Source: a virus
Direction: 5' to 3' (one strand)
Length of the DNA: 64,000 nucleotides
IMG/VR virus record: IMGVR_UViG_3300027749_000096
Location: 1-64,000 of that record
The notes below the pieces were generated by a model. It ran no database searches. It was not told the DNA's origin and saw only the letters and a list, made by a program, of their open reading frames with translations. The position numbers were made by a program, and so were the translations under genes. Below, in pieces: positions 36,300-45,262 of this stretch; position 1 is the first letter of the stretch; each line of letters opens with the position of its first letter.

Positions 36300-36353
36300 A
36301 ATTATTTATAACAAACAACAAGAGAGACCCTCTTAAAACTGTATCAATGGAGA

Positions 36354-36569
36354 ATGAATCATTCAAAGAAGTTGTATAATGGCTTAGAAGCTGTTAAAAC
36401 AAGACGTAGAGCTGTTATTGAAAGACTGGACAGACAAATAGCTGCTGGCACTAAAATAGTGTCTAAAAAAGCCTCTAATGGAGTCAGACTGATTGCTGAA
36501 GAAGAATTAACAGAATCTGATGTTAAACGTATTAAAAAAGAACTATCTGTTCTTAAGGAAAGAATCTAA
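36354..36569 (+). CDS. hypothetical protein
   Basis: 71-aa ORF. Confidence 0.65.
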   Translation: MNHSKKLYNGLEAVKTRRRAVIERLDRQIAAGTKIVSKKASNGVRLIAEEELTESDVKRIKKELSVLKERI

Positions 36570-36570
36570 G

Positions 36571-36659
36571 GGATACCAGGCAAAAATGAGCTCTAAGTAA
36601 TACCATTATATTATATATATATTTATGGTAATACTAGGGGCTCAAATTTGCCTGGTACC
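36571..36659. repeat. long imperfect inverted repeat
   Basis: TACCAGGCAAA..TGAGCTCTA.GTA.TACCAT / ATGGTA.TAC.TAGGGGCTCA..TTTGCCTGGTA around a TA-only loop. Confidence 0.8.
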
Positions 36660-36706
36660 AAAACAGTAAAAAATCACATTAACAAACACAAATTAAATTT
36701 ATTATT

Positions 36707-36964
36707 ATGATGGAATTAGTAGCTATGTTAGCTAAAACAATGTCTTATGATCAAATTGTAGAAAAAATACAAATTGATATTGATGAGTATAAAGAAGCTA
36801 AACTTCTTGGTAAAGACTTAGAGAAAAGTCAAGATCTTTTAAAATTCACTTGTTATCTATTAATACTAAACACTATGGAAGGTGAAGCTAAAGATATTAT
36901 TAAAGATATGGATAGAGTGAAGACACGTATGAGCATGTTTGAAGAAGGGACCAACAAGAACTAA
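36707..36964 (+). CDS. hypothetical protein
   Basis: 85-aa ORF. Confidence 0.7.
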   Translation: MMELVAMLAKTMSYDQIVEKIQIDIDEYKEAKLLGKDLEKSQDLLKFTCYLLILNTMEGEAKDIIKDMDRVKTRMSMFEEGTNKN

Positions 36965-36990
36965 TTTTATAACATTAAATATTTATAGAA

Positions 36991-38130
36991 ATGGAAATAA
37001 TCCAAATACTTAATTTTTCAGAAGGATATACACAGTTTATGTCTATGGAAAGTGGTGTAGCTAAAAACATACAATTCTATAAGAATATATGTCATGCTAC
37101 ATTTAGTGAAGCTAACATTTTAAAAAAAGATGGATGTATTCATTATTCTTATAGCACTGTTAAAATACAAAAAACAAAGGATAGTTATTACATTAAACGT
37201 GTTGGTAAAGATGGTTTCACTATTGATGAAAAAGGTAAATTAAAAATATGGTTTAACAAGAGTGTATTCCAAATACCTTTAATTCAAGAAATATTCAAAT
37301 ATTTTAGATTTAATTGGTTAAATCCGTGTGTTATTCCTTATATTACTAAAACTATTCTTGAAAAAATGTTTGCTGGTAAAATAACTAATAATTTAGATGT
37401 TGTTAAACAATATCTTAAACTTATGAAAATTAAAGCCAGCCCTGCATTATTTTATAAACTGATCAATTTTAATTATTTTAGTAAACAAAATATATTACAA
37501 CATATTTCTGTTGCTGAAAATGTTGATAATTTTATAAAATATGCTCTTTTTATGAGTAGTAAAAAGTATCCAGTTAGAATACCTGAAGAAGTAAAAGAAA
37601 AAGAAAGTATTATATCAGATATGATAAAGGAAGCACAGATTTTAAATAAAAAGATTAATTATAACTGGTCATTATTAAGACTGAAAACAGAACATAGTAA
37701 ATGGACTAAGGAAATAATGAAAGCAGAAATGGATCTTTTAGAAGATGTGTCTGTACCAAATGCTGATATCATTGATAAATATACACCTGCAGAATTTAAA
37801 CTTTTAAAAACACAGAAAGAAGTTTTTGTTGAAGGTACTATAATGAATCATTGTTTGTATACAGCATATTGGCATAGTATTAAAACTGGTAGATATTTAG
37901 CTTATCATGTAAAATATAATAATGAAGAATGTACTCTTGGTTTAACTTTAAATGTTAATAATGATAAACTAGATGTTACATATCAACAATGTTATTTAGC
38001 ACATAATAAACTAATTACACCAACTATGAAGAACTTTACAACTAGTTTTGTTGAGGATTTAAACCAAAAAATTAAGACAGAAAAAATTATTATTAATCAA
38101 CCTGAAACATCTGAAATGTCATGGGTATAA
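36991..38130 (+). CDS. PcfJ-like domain protein
   Basis: C-terminal L...H....EGTIMNHCL...Y...T(L)GL..Q...N pattern. Confidence 0.65.
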   Translation: MEIIQILNFSEGYTQFMSMESGVAKNIQFYKNICHATFSEANILKKDGCIHYSYSTVKIQKTKDSYYIKRVGKDGFTIDEKGKLKIWFNKSVFQIPLIQEIFKYFRFNWLNPCVIPYITKTILEKMFAGKITNNLDVVKQYLKLMKIKASPALFYKLINFNYFSKQNILQHISVAENVDNFIKYALFMSSKKYPVRIPEEVKEKESIISDMIKEAQILNKKINYNWSLLRLKTEHSKWTKEIMKAEMDLLEDVSVPNADIIDKYTPAEFKLLKTQKEVFVEGTIMNHCLYTAYWHSIKTGRYLAYHVKYNNEECTLGLTLNVNNDKLDVTYQQCYLAHNKLITPTMKNFTTSFVEDLNQKIKTEKIIINQPETSEMSWV

Positions 38131-38144
38131 CAAAAAATTTATTT

Positions 38145-38282
38145 ATGGAAGAAAGAGAATTTCCCCCACATATAGAAGAACAAAATGATGGGAAAAAACT
38201 ATGGATTATAGAAGACTATAGAATTTGGGCATTTAGTTATGAACAAGCTCTTGAACTTCTATCTCTTATTAAATCATTTTAA
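38145..38282 (+). CDS. small hypothetical protein (45 aa)
   Basis: Manually read: MEEREFPPHIEEQNDGKKLWIIEDYRIWAFSYEQALELLSLIKSF. Confidence 0.65.
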   Translation: MEEREFPPHIEEQNDGKKLWIIEDYRIWAFSYEQALELLSLIKSF

Positions 38283-38284
38283 AA

Positions 38285-38464
38285 ATGAAAACAATGAATT
38301 ACATTAAAGAATTATTTTTTGGTGTAAGGGCTCAGGGACAACGTGTTTCTGAGCCTATGTTACCAAAAGAAAGACCTATGAATGATAAAGATTTTAATCA
38401 ATGGTCTAAAAAGTTTAACGTTGGTGCAAGGTATGGACACAGAGGCTCATTTTATAACAATTAA
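38285..38464 (+). CDS. small hypothetical protein (59 aa)
   Basis: Manually read: MKTMNYIKELFFGVRAQGQ...GSFYNN. Confidence 0.6.
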   Translation: MKTMNYIKELFFGVRAQGQRVSEPMLPKERPMNDKDFNQWSKKFNVGARYGHRGSFYNN

Positions 38465-38469
38465 TCAAT

Positions 38470-39036
38470 ATGAACAAAAGAAAAATAGACTATTCTAAGT
38501 CTTATAAAAAAAAAATTGTTCAACAAATAGTATTTGATAGTTTTAAAGAAAGAGGATTTACACAATTAATTGGACTAGCAGGTCCAAATATTACAGACTA
38601 TCTTTCTTTTGTTAAATCTAAAGGAATAAAACAAGCAGAAGTGTATGAAAGAGATTATATTAATCTCATCTACCAAATGCAAGATTTTAAACCACCAATC
38701 AAAACCACTGTTAAATATCAAGATATATTACATGCTGATATAAAAGAAAATGTAATATATGATCTTGATTTTTGTTGCACTATTACAAATGCAGAAGAGC
38801 ATATAAAAAAGTTTAAAAAGAATGCTATTTTTACATTAGCCTTAAGAGGTATAGGATTAGTGCCTACATTGGAAAAATTTTGTGAATTAGTAAGCAAAAT
38901 TAAATCTAATATACATTTAAATGTACATCAGACACCTAATTTCAAAATGCATTTAATGTATTTTGAAAAAACATCATACACTGTGTATCATTATTGTGAT
39001 ACTAGTGCAATGATTGTTATCAAACCAAATTTTTAA
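38470..39036 (+). CDS. possible class I SAM-methyltransferase-fold protein
   Basis: LIGLAGP, VYERD, QDI, YDLDFC order resembles Rossmann MTase motifs I-IV. Confidence 0.45.
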   Translation: MNKRKIDYSKSYKKKIVQQIVFDSFKERGFTQLIGLAGPNITDYLSFVKSKGIKQAEVYERDYINLIYQMQDFKPPIKTTVKYQDILHADIKENVIYDLDFCCTITNAEEHIKKFKKNAIFTLALRGIGLVPTLEKFCELVSKIKSNIHLNVHQTPNFKMHLMYFEKTSYTVYHYCDTSAMIVIKPNF

Positions 39037-39060
39037 AAAATCAATTTAAATTAAAAAAAC

Positions 39061-39408
39061 ATGAGAAAAACAGTAAAATTTTATTCAGAACAAGAATCAG
39101 AACAAGTTAGAGAATTTGCAATGACAGGATTACCAGTTAAAGGACTAATTGAAGATTTTTGTAGAATAAGTGATAGATCTTTTCATTCAGTGGCATGTAG
39201 AATCTATGAGATAAGAAATAGACTTAATATTCCTAGAAATATTAAAACAGGAAAAACAATAAAAGATGTTAAAACTTCCAAAGCTGAATTAACACCTGTA
39301 AAAGATCAAAGTAAAGTGAACATAGGCATAGGAGAATTTAATATCCCAATTAAAAGTTGGGGAATTACTCAACATAAAGACGGATTTTATTTTAATGTAA
39401 AGTTCTAA
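39061..39408 (+). CDS. hypothetical protein (N-terminal HTH-like)
   Basis: YSEQE...RSFHSVACRI. Confidence 0.6.
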   Translation: MRKTVKFYSEQESEQVREFAMTGLPVKGLIEDFCRISDRSFHSVACRIYEIRNRLNIPRNIKTGKTIKDVKTSKAELTPVKDQSKVNIGIGEFNIPIKSWGITQHKDGFYFNVKF

Positions 39409-39410
39409 TA

Positions 39411-39686
39411 ATGAATCCAAGACTTAAAAATGGATATGGAATGGTCTCTAGCTCTGTAGTTAGAGACCCTTCTATTTCATTAAGAGATAAGGGTCTTTAT
39501 GCTTATTTAGCTAGTTATGCTGATACAGATAATACACTTACAGTTAGTGTAAACAAAGCAGCCTCTGAATGTAATGTAGATGTTTCTACAATAAGAAGGA
39601 TTATAAGCCAGCTTAAAAAAGATGGTGTTATAATTAGAGAATCTAGAAAGACTGGAGAGTCTTATAAAACAATTTTAAATAAATAA
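39411..39686 (+). CDS. helix-turn-helix protein (replication-initiator-type wHTH)
   Basis: DPSISLRDKGLYAYL...SVNKAASECNVDVSTIRRIISQLKKDGVI. Confidence 0.75.
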   Translation: MNPRLKNGYGMVSSSVVRDPSISLRDKGLYAYLASYADTDNTLTVSVNKAASECNVDVSTIRRIISQLKKDGVIIRESRKTGESYKTILNK

Positions 39687-39714
39687 ATTAAAAAACAAAA
39701 CAAAAAAACAAGTT

Positions 39715-40281
39715 ATGGACTTAAAACAAACAAACAATTTAGACCTATCTATTAATAAAGATGATTTAATAGATATAATGATTGATAACAAGCTTACAGA
39801 GCTTGAAGCAGAACTTAATGTGGTTACAAATAAGAAAGAATCTTTAGATAAAGTAATTTCAAATAATCATAATGAAGTGGGTGAAAAACATACTAAGTAT
39901 TTGTTAAAGAAATATTTACCAAAAACTATTGTTACAGATGAAGTTCCTGTTGTTAATGCTACTTATTATTCTAATGCTACATTAAAATTTAAATACTCAG
40001 AGTATGATGTTGTAATAAATAATTGTGATTGTAGAGATTTATCAGCTTTTAGTAAAACTAAAGAAAAAGAAAATGAGAAGTTAAGAGAACAAATTAAAGA
40101 ATTGAATACTAAAATTGCAGAAATTAATCTTGAAATAACTAATATTCAAAAATCTCCTAAACGTTTAAAAGCTCAAATGCTTAAAAACTTCTTAGGAACT
40201 TCTAAAGATGGACAACAAGTGTTGGAATTAATTAATTCAAAAACTAAAATTACTGCTAAATCATTATTAGCTGGTAACTAG
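39715..40281 (+). CDS. coiled-coil hypothetical protein
   Basis: 188-aa ORF. Confidence 0.7.
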   Translation: MDLKQTNNLDLSINKDDLIDIMIDNKLTELEAELNVVTNKKESLDKVISNNHNEVGEKHTKYLLKKYLPKTIVTDEVPVVNATYYSNATLKFKYSEYDVVINNCDCRDLSAFSKTKEKENEKLREQIKELNTKIAEINLEITNIQKSPKRLKAQMLKNFLGTSKDGQQVLELINSKTKITAKSLLAGN

Positions 40282-40289
40282 TAACATAA

Positions 40290-40457
40290 TTACACGATTT
40301 AGGGAGCCGTTTTAGTATAAACTAGAATCTTGGAGTCAAGCAATGAACAATAGTAAAAGTATATAGCCTGCAAAACTGTTGTGTATGTTTTTTATTAAGT
40401 AATCAAGAAGACTTTAGCAGAATTATGACACAGAAAAAACGTCCCCTAAATGTGTAA
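40290..40457 (+). ncRNA. candidate structured intergenic RNA D
   Basis: TTACAC(G)ATTTAGGG..CGTTTT pairs with AAAACG.CCCTAAATGTGTAA, enclosing about 120 nt. Confidence 0.45.
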
Positions 40458-40490
40458 ATAATTAAAATAATAATTAAAAAACTAAAAAAC

Positions 40491-40826
40491 ATGAGAAAAT
40501 TCAGAGTTTATGACACTTTTAATGATGGTGGTGAAACACATGATTATGATGTAACTATTGAAGACACTGATAAAGGTGATAAATACACTTTATTTAGAAG
40601 TAATGGTGGTAATTGGGCTGATGATTGTAAAGGAGAAGAAATGTTTTCTTTATTAGATACAGGTAATGGAGTTATATTTCCTAAAAATATTTATTCTAAA
40701 GACGTAGATTATCATACTTTAGCTGAGTTGTTTGTTCTGTTATCAGTTATAAACAAAACAGATCCTTTTCCTATATATGGAGGCAGGGTAGAAGAAGTTA
40801 TTGAATCAACTAATTTTAATATATAA
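40491..40826 (+). CDS. hypothetical protein
   Basis: 111-aa ORF. Confidence 0.7.
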   Translation: MRKFRVYDTFNDGGETHDYDVTIEDTDKGDKYTLFRSNGGNWADDCKGEEMFSLLDTGNGVIFPKNIYSKDVDYHTLAELFVLLSVINKTDPFPIYGGRVEEVIESTNFNI

Positions 40827-40828
40827 CA

Positions 40829-41155
40829 ATGGATGCATTTTCATTAGCTAAAGGACTCCACAATATTAATATGGCTCTTATGTATTTTAAAATTGTGAAA
40901 ATAGATTGTGAAGGACAGGTTAAAAATAGCTTTAATGGATATATAAACAAATGTGAATATATCATTAATGATGTTAAATCTAGTTTAGGAAAAGAAATAC
41001 GTGATGTATTTAATGAAGAATTAAGAGATTCTTTAGAGATATTTGATATTAATGATAAAATATTACATTTAAACTCTGATCAAAGAGTATTGATTGATAA
41101 TATTTTAGATGACATTATCAAAGGAAAAGATGTAAAAATTATTGTAGAAGATTAA
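40829..41155 (+). CDS. hypothetical protein
   Basis: 108-aa ORF. Confidence 0.7.
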   Translation: MDAFSLAKGLHNINMALMYFKIVKIDCEGQVKNSFNGYINKCEYIINDVKSSLGKEIRDVFNEELRDSLEIFDINDKILHLNSDQRVLIDNILDDIIKGKDVKIIVED

Positions 41156-41165
41156 AATAAAAAAA

Positions 41166-41732
41166 ATGACTAAAGAACAAATTAAAATGGTAAGGGAAGA
41201 CTATTTAAGTTTTATAACAGGAACTGTACAAGAACATGGAGAAATAGGAGCAGCAATTGCTGTATTTGCTGATGTTATTGATAGTAAGGATGATAAGCCA
41301 GCTCTTATAGAAATTCCTATACCTAGTGAGTTTTTAAAAGATGATAGCACTAAAGAACATTTTGTTGAGAGAGTTCTTCCTGATCTCATCAAGGAATTTA
41401 AAAAACGTTTTGTAGCTCATTCTGTACTTTGGACTTGTGAAGCTTGGTTAAGAACAGCTCCAAAAGAAGAAATAGATAGTATAGAAAACTATAAAGATAT
41501 TCCTATTAAGACTGAAGCTATTGTAATAATTATTGATTCTAAAGATGAAACAGAAGCTGTAATTTATGAAATAGTACGTCCTGCTTTATCTGTTTCTGAT
41601 ACTGGGGAGTTAGTAGAAAAAGAACAAAAGAACAAAGTTGAGTTAGTAGAAATGCCAGAATTATGTAGTGTTTTTAAAGACGAAGGTTTTTCTGGTAGAT
41701 TTTCAAACCTTTATAAAAAGTTTACTGATTAA
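41166..41732 (+). CDS. hypothetical protein
   Basis: 188 aa; EAW motif. Confidence 0.7.
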   Translation: MTKEQIKMVREDYLSFITGTVQEHGEIGAAIAVFADVIDSKDDKPALIEIPIPSEFLKDDSTKEHFVERVLPDLIKEFKKRFVAHSVLWTCEAWLRTAPKEEIDSIENYKDIPIKTEAIVIIIDSKDETEAVIYEIVRPALSVSDTGELVEKEQKNKVELVEMPELCSVFKDEGFSGRFSNLYKKFTD

Positions 41733-41902
41733 TGAATTTAAAACATCTGTTTGGTCCTTACATAAAAAACTTAGAAAAAGAATGTGATGACTTGAAAAAA
41801 GAAGTTAGTGATATTAGAATGAAGCTTGCAGAAAAACAAGAACATATTAACACCACTAATAAATATTATAAAAAGAAGATAAAAGAACTAACTAAAAATT
41901 AG
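41732..41902 (+). CDS. small coiled-coil protein (56 aa)
   Basis: Manually read: MNLKHLFGPYIKNLEKECDDLKKEV...; TAATG overlap with the upstream gene. Confidence 0.65.
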   Translation: MNLKHLFGPYIKNLEKECDDLKKEVSDIRMKLAEKQEHINTTNKYYKKKIKELTKN

Positions 41903-41920
41903 TTATAGCTCTATAATCCA
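41903..41920 (+). repeat. dispersed motif, copy 3
   Basis: TTATAGCTCTATAATCCA, identical to 21119-21136 (minus strand), again right after a stop codon. Confidence 0.7.
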
Positions 41921-41988
41921 TGGAATATGTTGGTTTTGAATTTTATATAAATTTTTTTTATTATTTTTATTAGATAAAATTAGATAAA

Positions 41989-42240
41989 ATGCATTACCAA
42001 CTTCCTAATGGACGAGTGATAGAAATGAGTACTGAACAATATTTTGAAATGTCTGATGAAGAATTAGAATACTTAATAGCCTTTAATTATGGGGATTTAA
42101 TAGAAAACCCCTGGCACGGTTCTATATTGAACAAGATAGATTTAACAGAAGATGATGTTAAAATATTCAAAGAACTCACAGATATACCTGATTTGGAAAA
42201 ACTTTCAGATTTAGATATAGACTTTGAAGTTGATGATTAA
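41989..42240 (+). CDS. acidic hypothetical protein
   Basis: 83-aa ORF. Confidence 0.7.
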   Translation: MHYQLPNGRVIEMSTEQYFEMSDEELEYLIAFNYGDLIENPWHGSILNKIDLTEDDVKIFKELTDIPDLEKLSDLDIDFEVDD

Positions 42241-42258
42241 CATAAAAAACAAAAAAAC

Positions 42259-42729
42259 ATGAGTAAAGTTACAGTTGTAGCAGACAAAAACGGAAATGTA
42301 ATTGGTATTTCCCAAAATAACCCTGATTATGGTTATATGAGAGTAGAACAACAAGCTATTCAGATTAATAATGAAGGCTGGTTGAGAAATGTAAAAAGAT
42401 CTGCCCTAATAAAAGGTAGAACAGAAGATCTTTTAAGTACAGGATATGTTGAAGGAACAACTCTTCCTGGTAAAATTGTAGTGGTGGAATCATTAATTCC
42501 ATTTAACACTGAAAATCCTGATAGAGATTTAAAAATAGCTGGTGATACAGGTATTATATGTCGTGTAGATGATCAACCTATTTATAGACAATCATTCTAT
42601 ACATCAAATCCTAATGCTGTAGATGAGTTATTAACTCATGATAATAGCACTGAAATCAAAGAAGTTTTAGCTGCACAGAAAGCAATGAGTTCTATGATGG
42701 GTAGTAAACAAGGAGAACCAGTTTTATAG
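42259..42729 (+). CDS. conserved hypothetical protein
   Basis: 156 aa; followed by a terminator. Confidence 0.75.
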   Translation: MSKVTVVADKNGNVIGISQNNPDYGYMRVEQQAIQINNEGWLRNVKRSALIKGRTEDLLSTGYVEGTTLPGKIVVVESLIPFNTENPDRDLKIAGDTGIICRVDDQPIYRQSFYTSNPNAVDELLTHDNSTEIKEVLAAQKAMSSMMGSKQGEPVL

Positions 42730-42750
42730 AACAACAATTATAGAAATGTA

Positions 42751-42780
42751 AAGGGAGTCTAATAAAGGCTCCCTTTTTTT
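42751..42780 (+). terminator. Rho-independent terminator
   Basis: AAGGGAGTCT-AATAA-AGGCTCCCTT followed by a T-run. Confidence 0.8.
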
Positions 42781-42806
42781 ATATTCACAATTAAATAAAT
42801 TTTAAA

Positions 42807-43334
42807 ATGACAAAATTTAATGAACAGAAATCAATTTCTGCTAACTCCAATGGTATAATAGTATCTTATGGAGAAAACAACAAACACCAATTTATGAGGT
42901 ATGACTTCATAAAAAAGATTCAACAAGAAGGTACTGTTAAGTATCAAAAGATTGAGGAAAATGTTTTAAAACTATCTCTAAAACAACAAGACATTTATTC
43001 TAAAGTTGTTTATGGTTTCACTGCATATTCTATACATGAAATTAATGTAATGACTGAAGAACAGAAAAGAAATGTTAAAATAACATTTACTAAAGCTCAG
43101 AGAATACTACGTAATTGGAAACAAGACATCACTTTTACAAACGTAGATAATTTTCTATTAGCATTATTTCCTAATAGTAAAATAGTAAAACACCTAACTA
43201 ATGTTAAAGGACATTTAGATGAACTAGAAGATGATACATTTAGTTTTAAAGAACTGGGGCTTAAAAAGATTGACATTATTAATAAACTTTTAGAAGTTGG
43301 TTTATTACCAAAAAACTTTTATCAATTAAGATAA
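42807..43334 (+). CDS. hypothetical protein
   Basis: 175-aa ORF. Confidence 0.7.
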   Translation: MTKFNEQKSISANSNGIIVSYGENNKHQFMRYDFIKKIQQEGTVKYQKIEENVLKLSLKQQDIYSKVVYGFTAYSIHEINVMTEEQKRNVKITFTKAQRILRNWKQDITFTNVDNFLLALFPNSKIVKHLTNVKGHLDELEDDTFSFKELGLKKIDIINKLLEVGLLPKNFYQLR

Positions 43335-43355
43335 TAATATTATTTTTACAGCCTT

Positions 43356-43757
43356 ATGGGAATACAAGCTAAATTGAAAATATGTACAGGATGTGAAGAA
43401 CCTAGTTACATATACAAGTCTGAAGGTAAGAATGGGAAGTATTGCAAAAGTTGTTGGTTTAAAAAAGAAAAGCCTAAAGCTATTGCTCCTGTTTCTAAAA
43501 AGAAAAAGGAAGAAATGGATATTTATTCTAAACTTAGAACAGCTTTTTTTGTTATTCACCCATATTGTGAAGTAAAACTTCCTGGTTGTACAGGAGAAGC
43601 TACAGATGTACATCATAAAGCTGGTAGAATAGGTGAATACTATTTAAAAACTTCTGAATGGTTAGCTGTTTGTAGGACTTGTCATAAATTTATAGAAGAA
43701 AATCCTATTATTGCAAAAGAATTAAATTTTTCAAAAAATAGATTAGGAAATATGTAG
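43356..43757 (+). CDS. HNH-like Zn-finger nuclease protein
   Basis: CxxC..CxxC N-terminus; CEV...C...ATDVHH..GR...WLAVCRTCH. Confidence 0.75.
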   Translation: MGIQAKLKICTGCEEPSYIYKSEGKNGKYCKSCWFKKEKPKAIAPVSKKKKEEMDIYSKLRTAFFVIHPYCEVKLPGCTGEATDVHHKAGRIGEYYLKTSEWLAVCRTCHKFIEENPIIAKELNFSKNRLGNM

Positions 43758-43792
43758 ATAATGTCATATATTGTATATATAACATATCAATT

Positions 43793-44539
43793 ATGACACT
43801 ATCTACATATACTACTGAAAATATTGAATCTTTAAAAAAAACAGGTGTTTATAAAATATACCACAATTTTTTTCCAGATAAAATATATATAGGTAGTGCT
43901 GCATCTACAAATTTTAGAAATGATAATAAAGGATTTTTAGGAAGATGGAAATCACATCTTTCACAATTAAAACTAAATAAGCATCATTCAAAGTATTTAC
44001 AAAGAGTTGTAAATAAATATGGTATTGATAATCTTAAATTTGAAATTTTAGAAATATGTGACTTTTTAGAATGTTTAACTAAAGAACAATTTTATATTGA
44101 TTTATATAATCCTGTATATAACAGTTGCAAAATTGCAAAAAGCTGTTTAGGAATAAAACGTCATAATTTATATAAAAATGTACATCAATATAATATGTTT
44201 GGAGTTTATATTAAATCTTATGATAATATTACAAATGCAGAAATTGAAACAAAAATAGATAGAGCATCTATATCAAAAGCTGCAAAAGGTACTAGACCTA
44301 GTGCTGGAGGTTTTATGTGGAGTTTTGATATTACAAAACCTCCTATACCGTTAAGAGTAATTGAACAATATAATTTAAATAATGAACTTATTAATAGATA
44401 TACATCTTTAGAAGAAGTAAAAAAGACATTAAACATTAAAAGTAGTACTGCTATAAGAAATTGTTTTATTGGTAAACAAAAACAAGCATATGGTTTTAAA
44501 TGGATTGATGTTATAAACAATTGGACATTTAGTTCATGA
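43793..44539 (+). CDS. GIY-YIG homing endonuclease with NUMOD1-like repeats
   Basis: GVYKI...IYIGS, RWKSH..L, EQFYID..YN; two C-terminal QY..G..SI..A...G...AxGFxW repeats. Confidence 0.9.
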   Translation: MTLSTYTTENIESLKKTGVYKIYHNFFPDKIYIGSAASTNFRNDNKGFLGRWKSHLSQLKLNKHHSKYLQRVVNKYGIDNLKFEILEICDFLECLTKEQFYIDLYNPVYNSCKIAKSCLGIKRHNLYKNVHQYNMFGVYIKSYDNITNAEIETKIDRASISKAAKGTRPSAGGFMWSFDITKPPIPLRVIEQYNLNNELINRYTSLEEVKKTLNIKSSTAIRNCFIGKQKQAYGFKWIDVINNWTFSS

Positions 44540-44594
44540 TGAACTATCTTCAGAAGAAGCTGTATCATTAGGACTTAAACTTATAGATAGTTAA
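44526..44594 (+). pseudogene. orphaned 3' end of the upstream HNH-like gene
   Basis: Alternate frame HLVHDELSSEEAVSLGLKLIDS* parallels the current tail HKFIEENPIIAKELNF. Confidence 0.45.
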
Positions 44595-44614
44595 TTTTTT
44601 TTGTATTAAATTGC

Positions 44615-44649
44615 GTCCCTGTATTTCTATACTGGGGACTTTTATTTTT
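44615..44649 (+). terminator. Rho-independent terminator
   Basis: GTCCC.GTAT..ATAC.GGGAC followed by a T-run. Confidence 0.65.
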
Positions 44650-44776
44650 AACAACTAAATAAATCAAATATGAAGATTTGTAAATTTATAGACAAGATAG
44701 GGGATTGGATTAATAACCATCCTTTTGAGATAATTTCAATAATTATAGTATTAATCATAATTTTAAAATAATTATT

Positions 44777-45085
44777 ATGTGTACAGCAATATGTATTAGT
44801 GATAAAAACCGTCCTAAAGAAATACCACAAAATAAATGGTTAAAAGAAGGACAGGAGTATGAGATTATATTTACAACATTATGTAAACCCCAAAATGAAG
44901 TGGGAGTGCATCTTGCTGAAATAGATTTAGATGAGTCTTGTGCACCCTATGAGTTTTTTTTATTAAACAGATTTGCTTTTACAGAAGAAAATTTAAAACT
45001 ATTACAAGAGCTAATAAAAAACTGCAATGACACTGATTTCTCAATTACAGAATTATTGGAACAAACTGTTCTCCAGGAGGTATAA
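44777..45085 (+). CDS. hypothetical protein
   Basis: 102-aa ORF. Confidence 0.7.
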   Translation: MCTAICISDKNRPKEIPQNKWLKEGQEYEIIFTTLCKPQNEVGVHLAEIDLDESCAPYEFFLLNRFAFTEENLKLLQELIKNCNDTDFSITELLEQTVLQEV

Positions 45086-45262
45086 AGTAGGAGATAAAGT
45101 AGAATTTATATACAAAGTAAATAATATTCCTAATAAAATGACAGGAGTTATTTATGAGATAAATGAAAGATCTATGTTTCCATATTGTATAAAACTTTGC
45201 AATTCTTTTAGTTATAATGGTTGGCAAGTTAGTTATATAAACATAGATAAAAAACACATATT

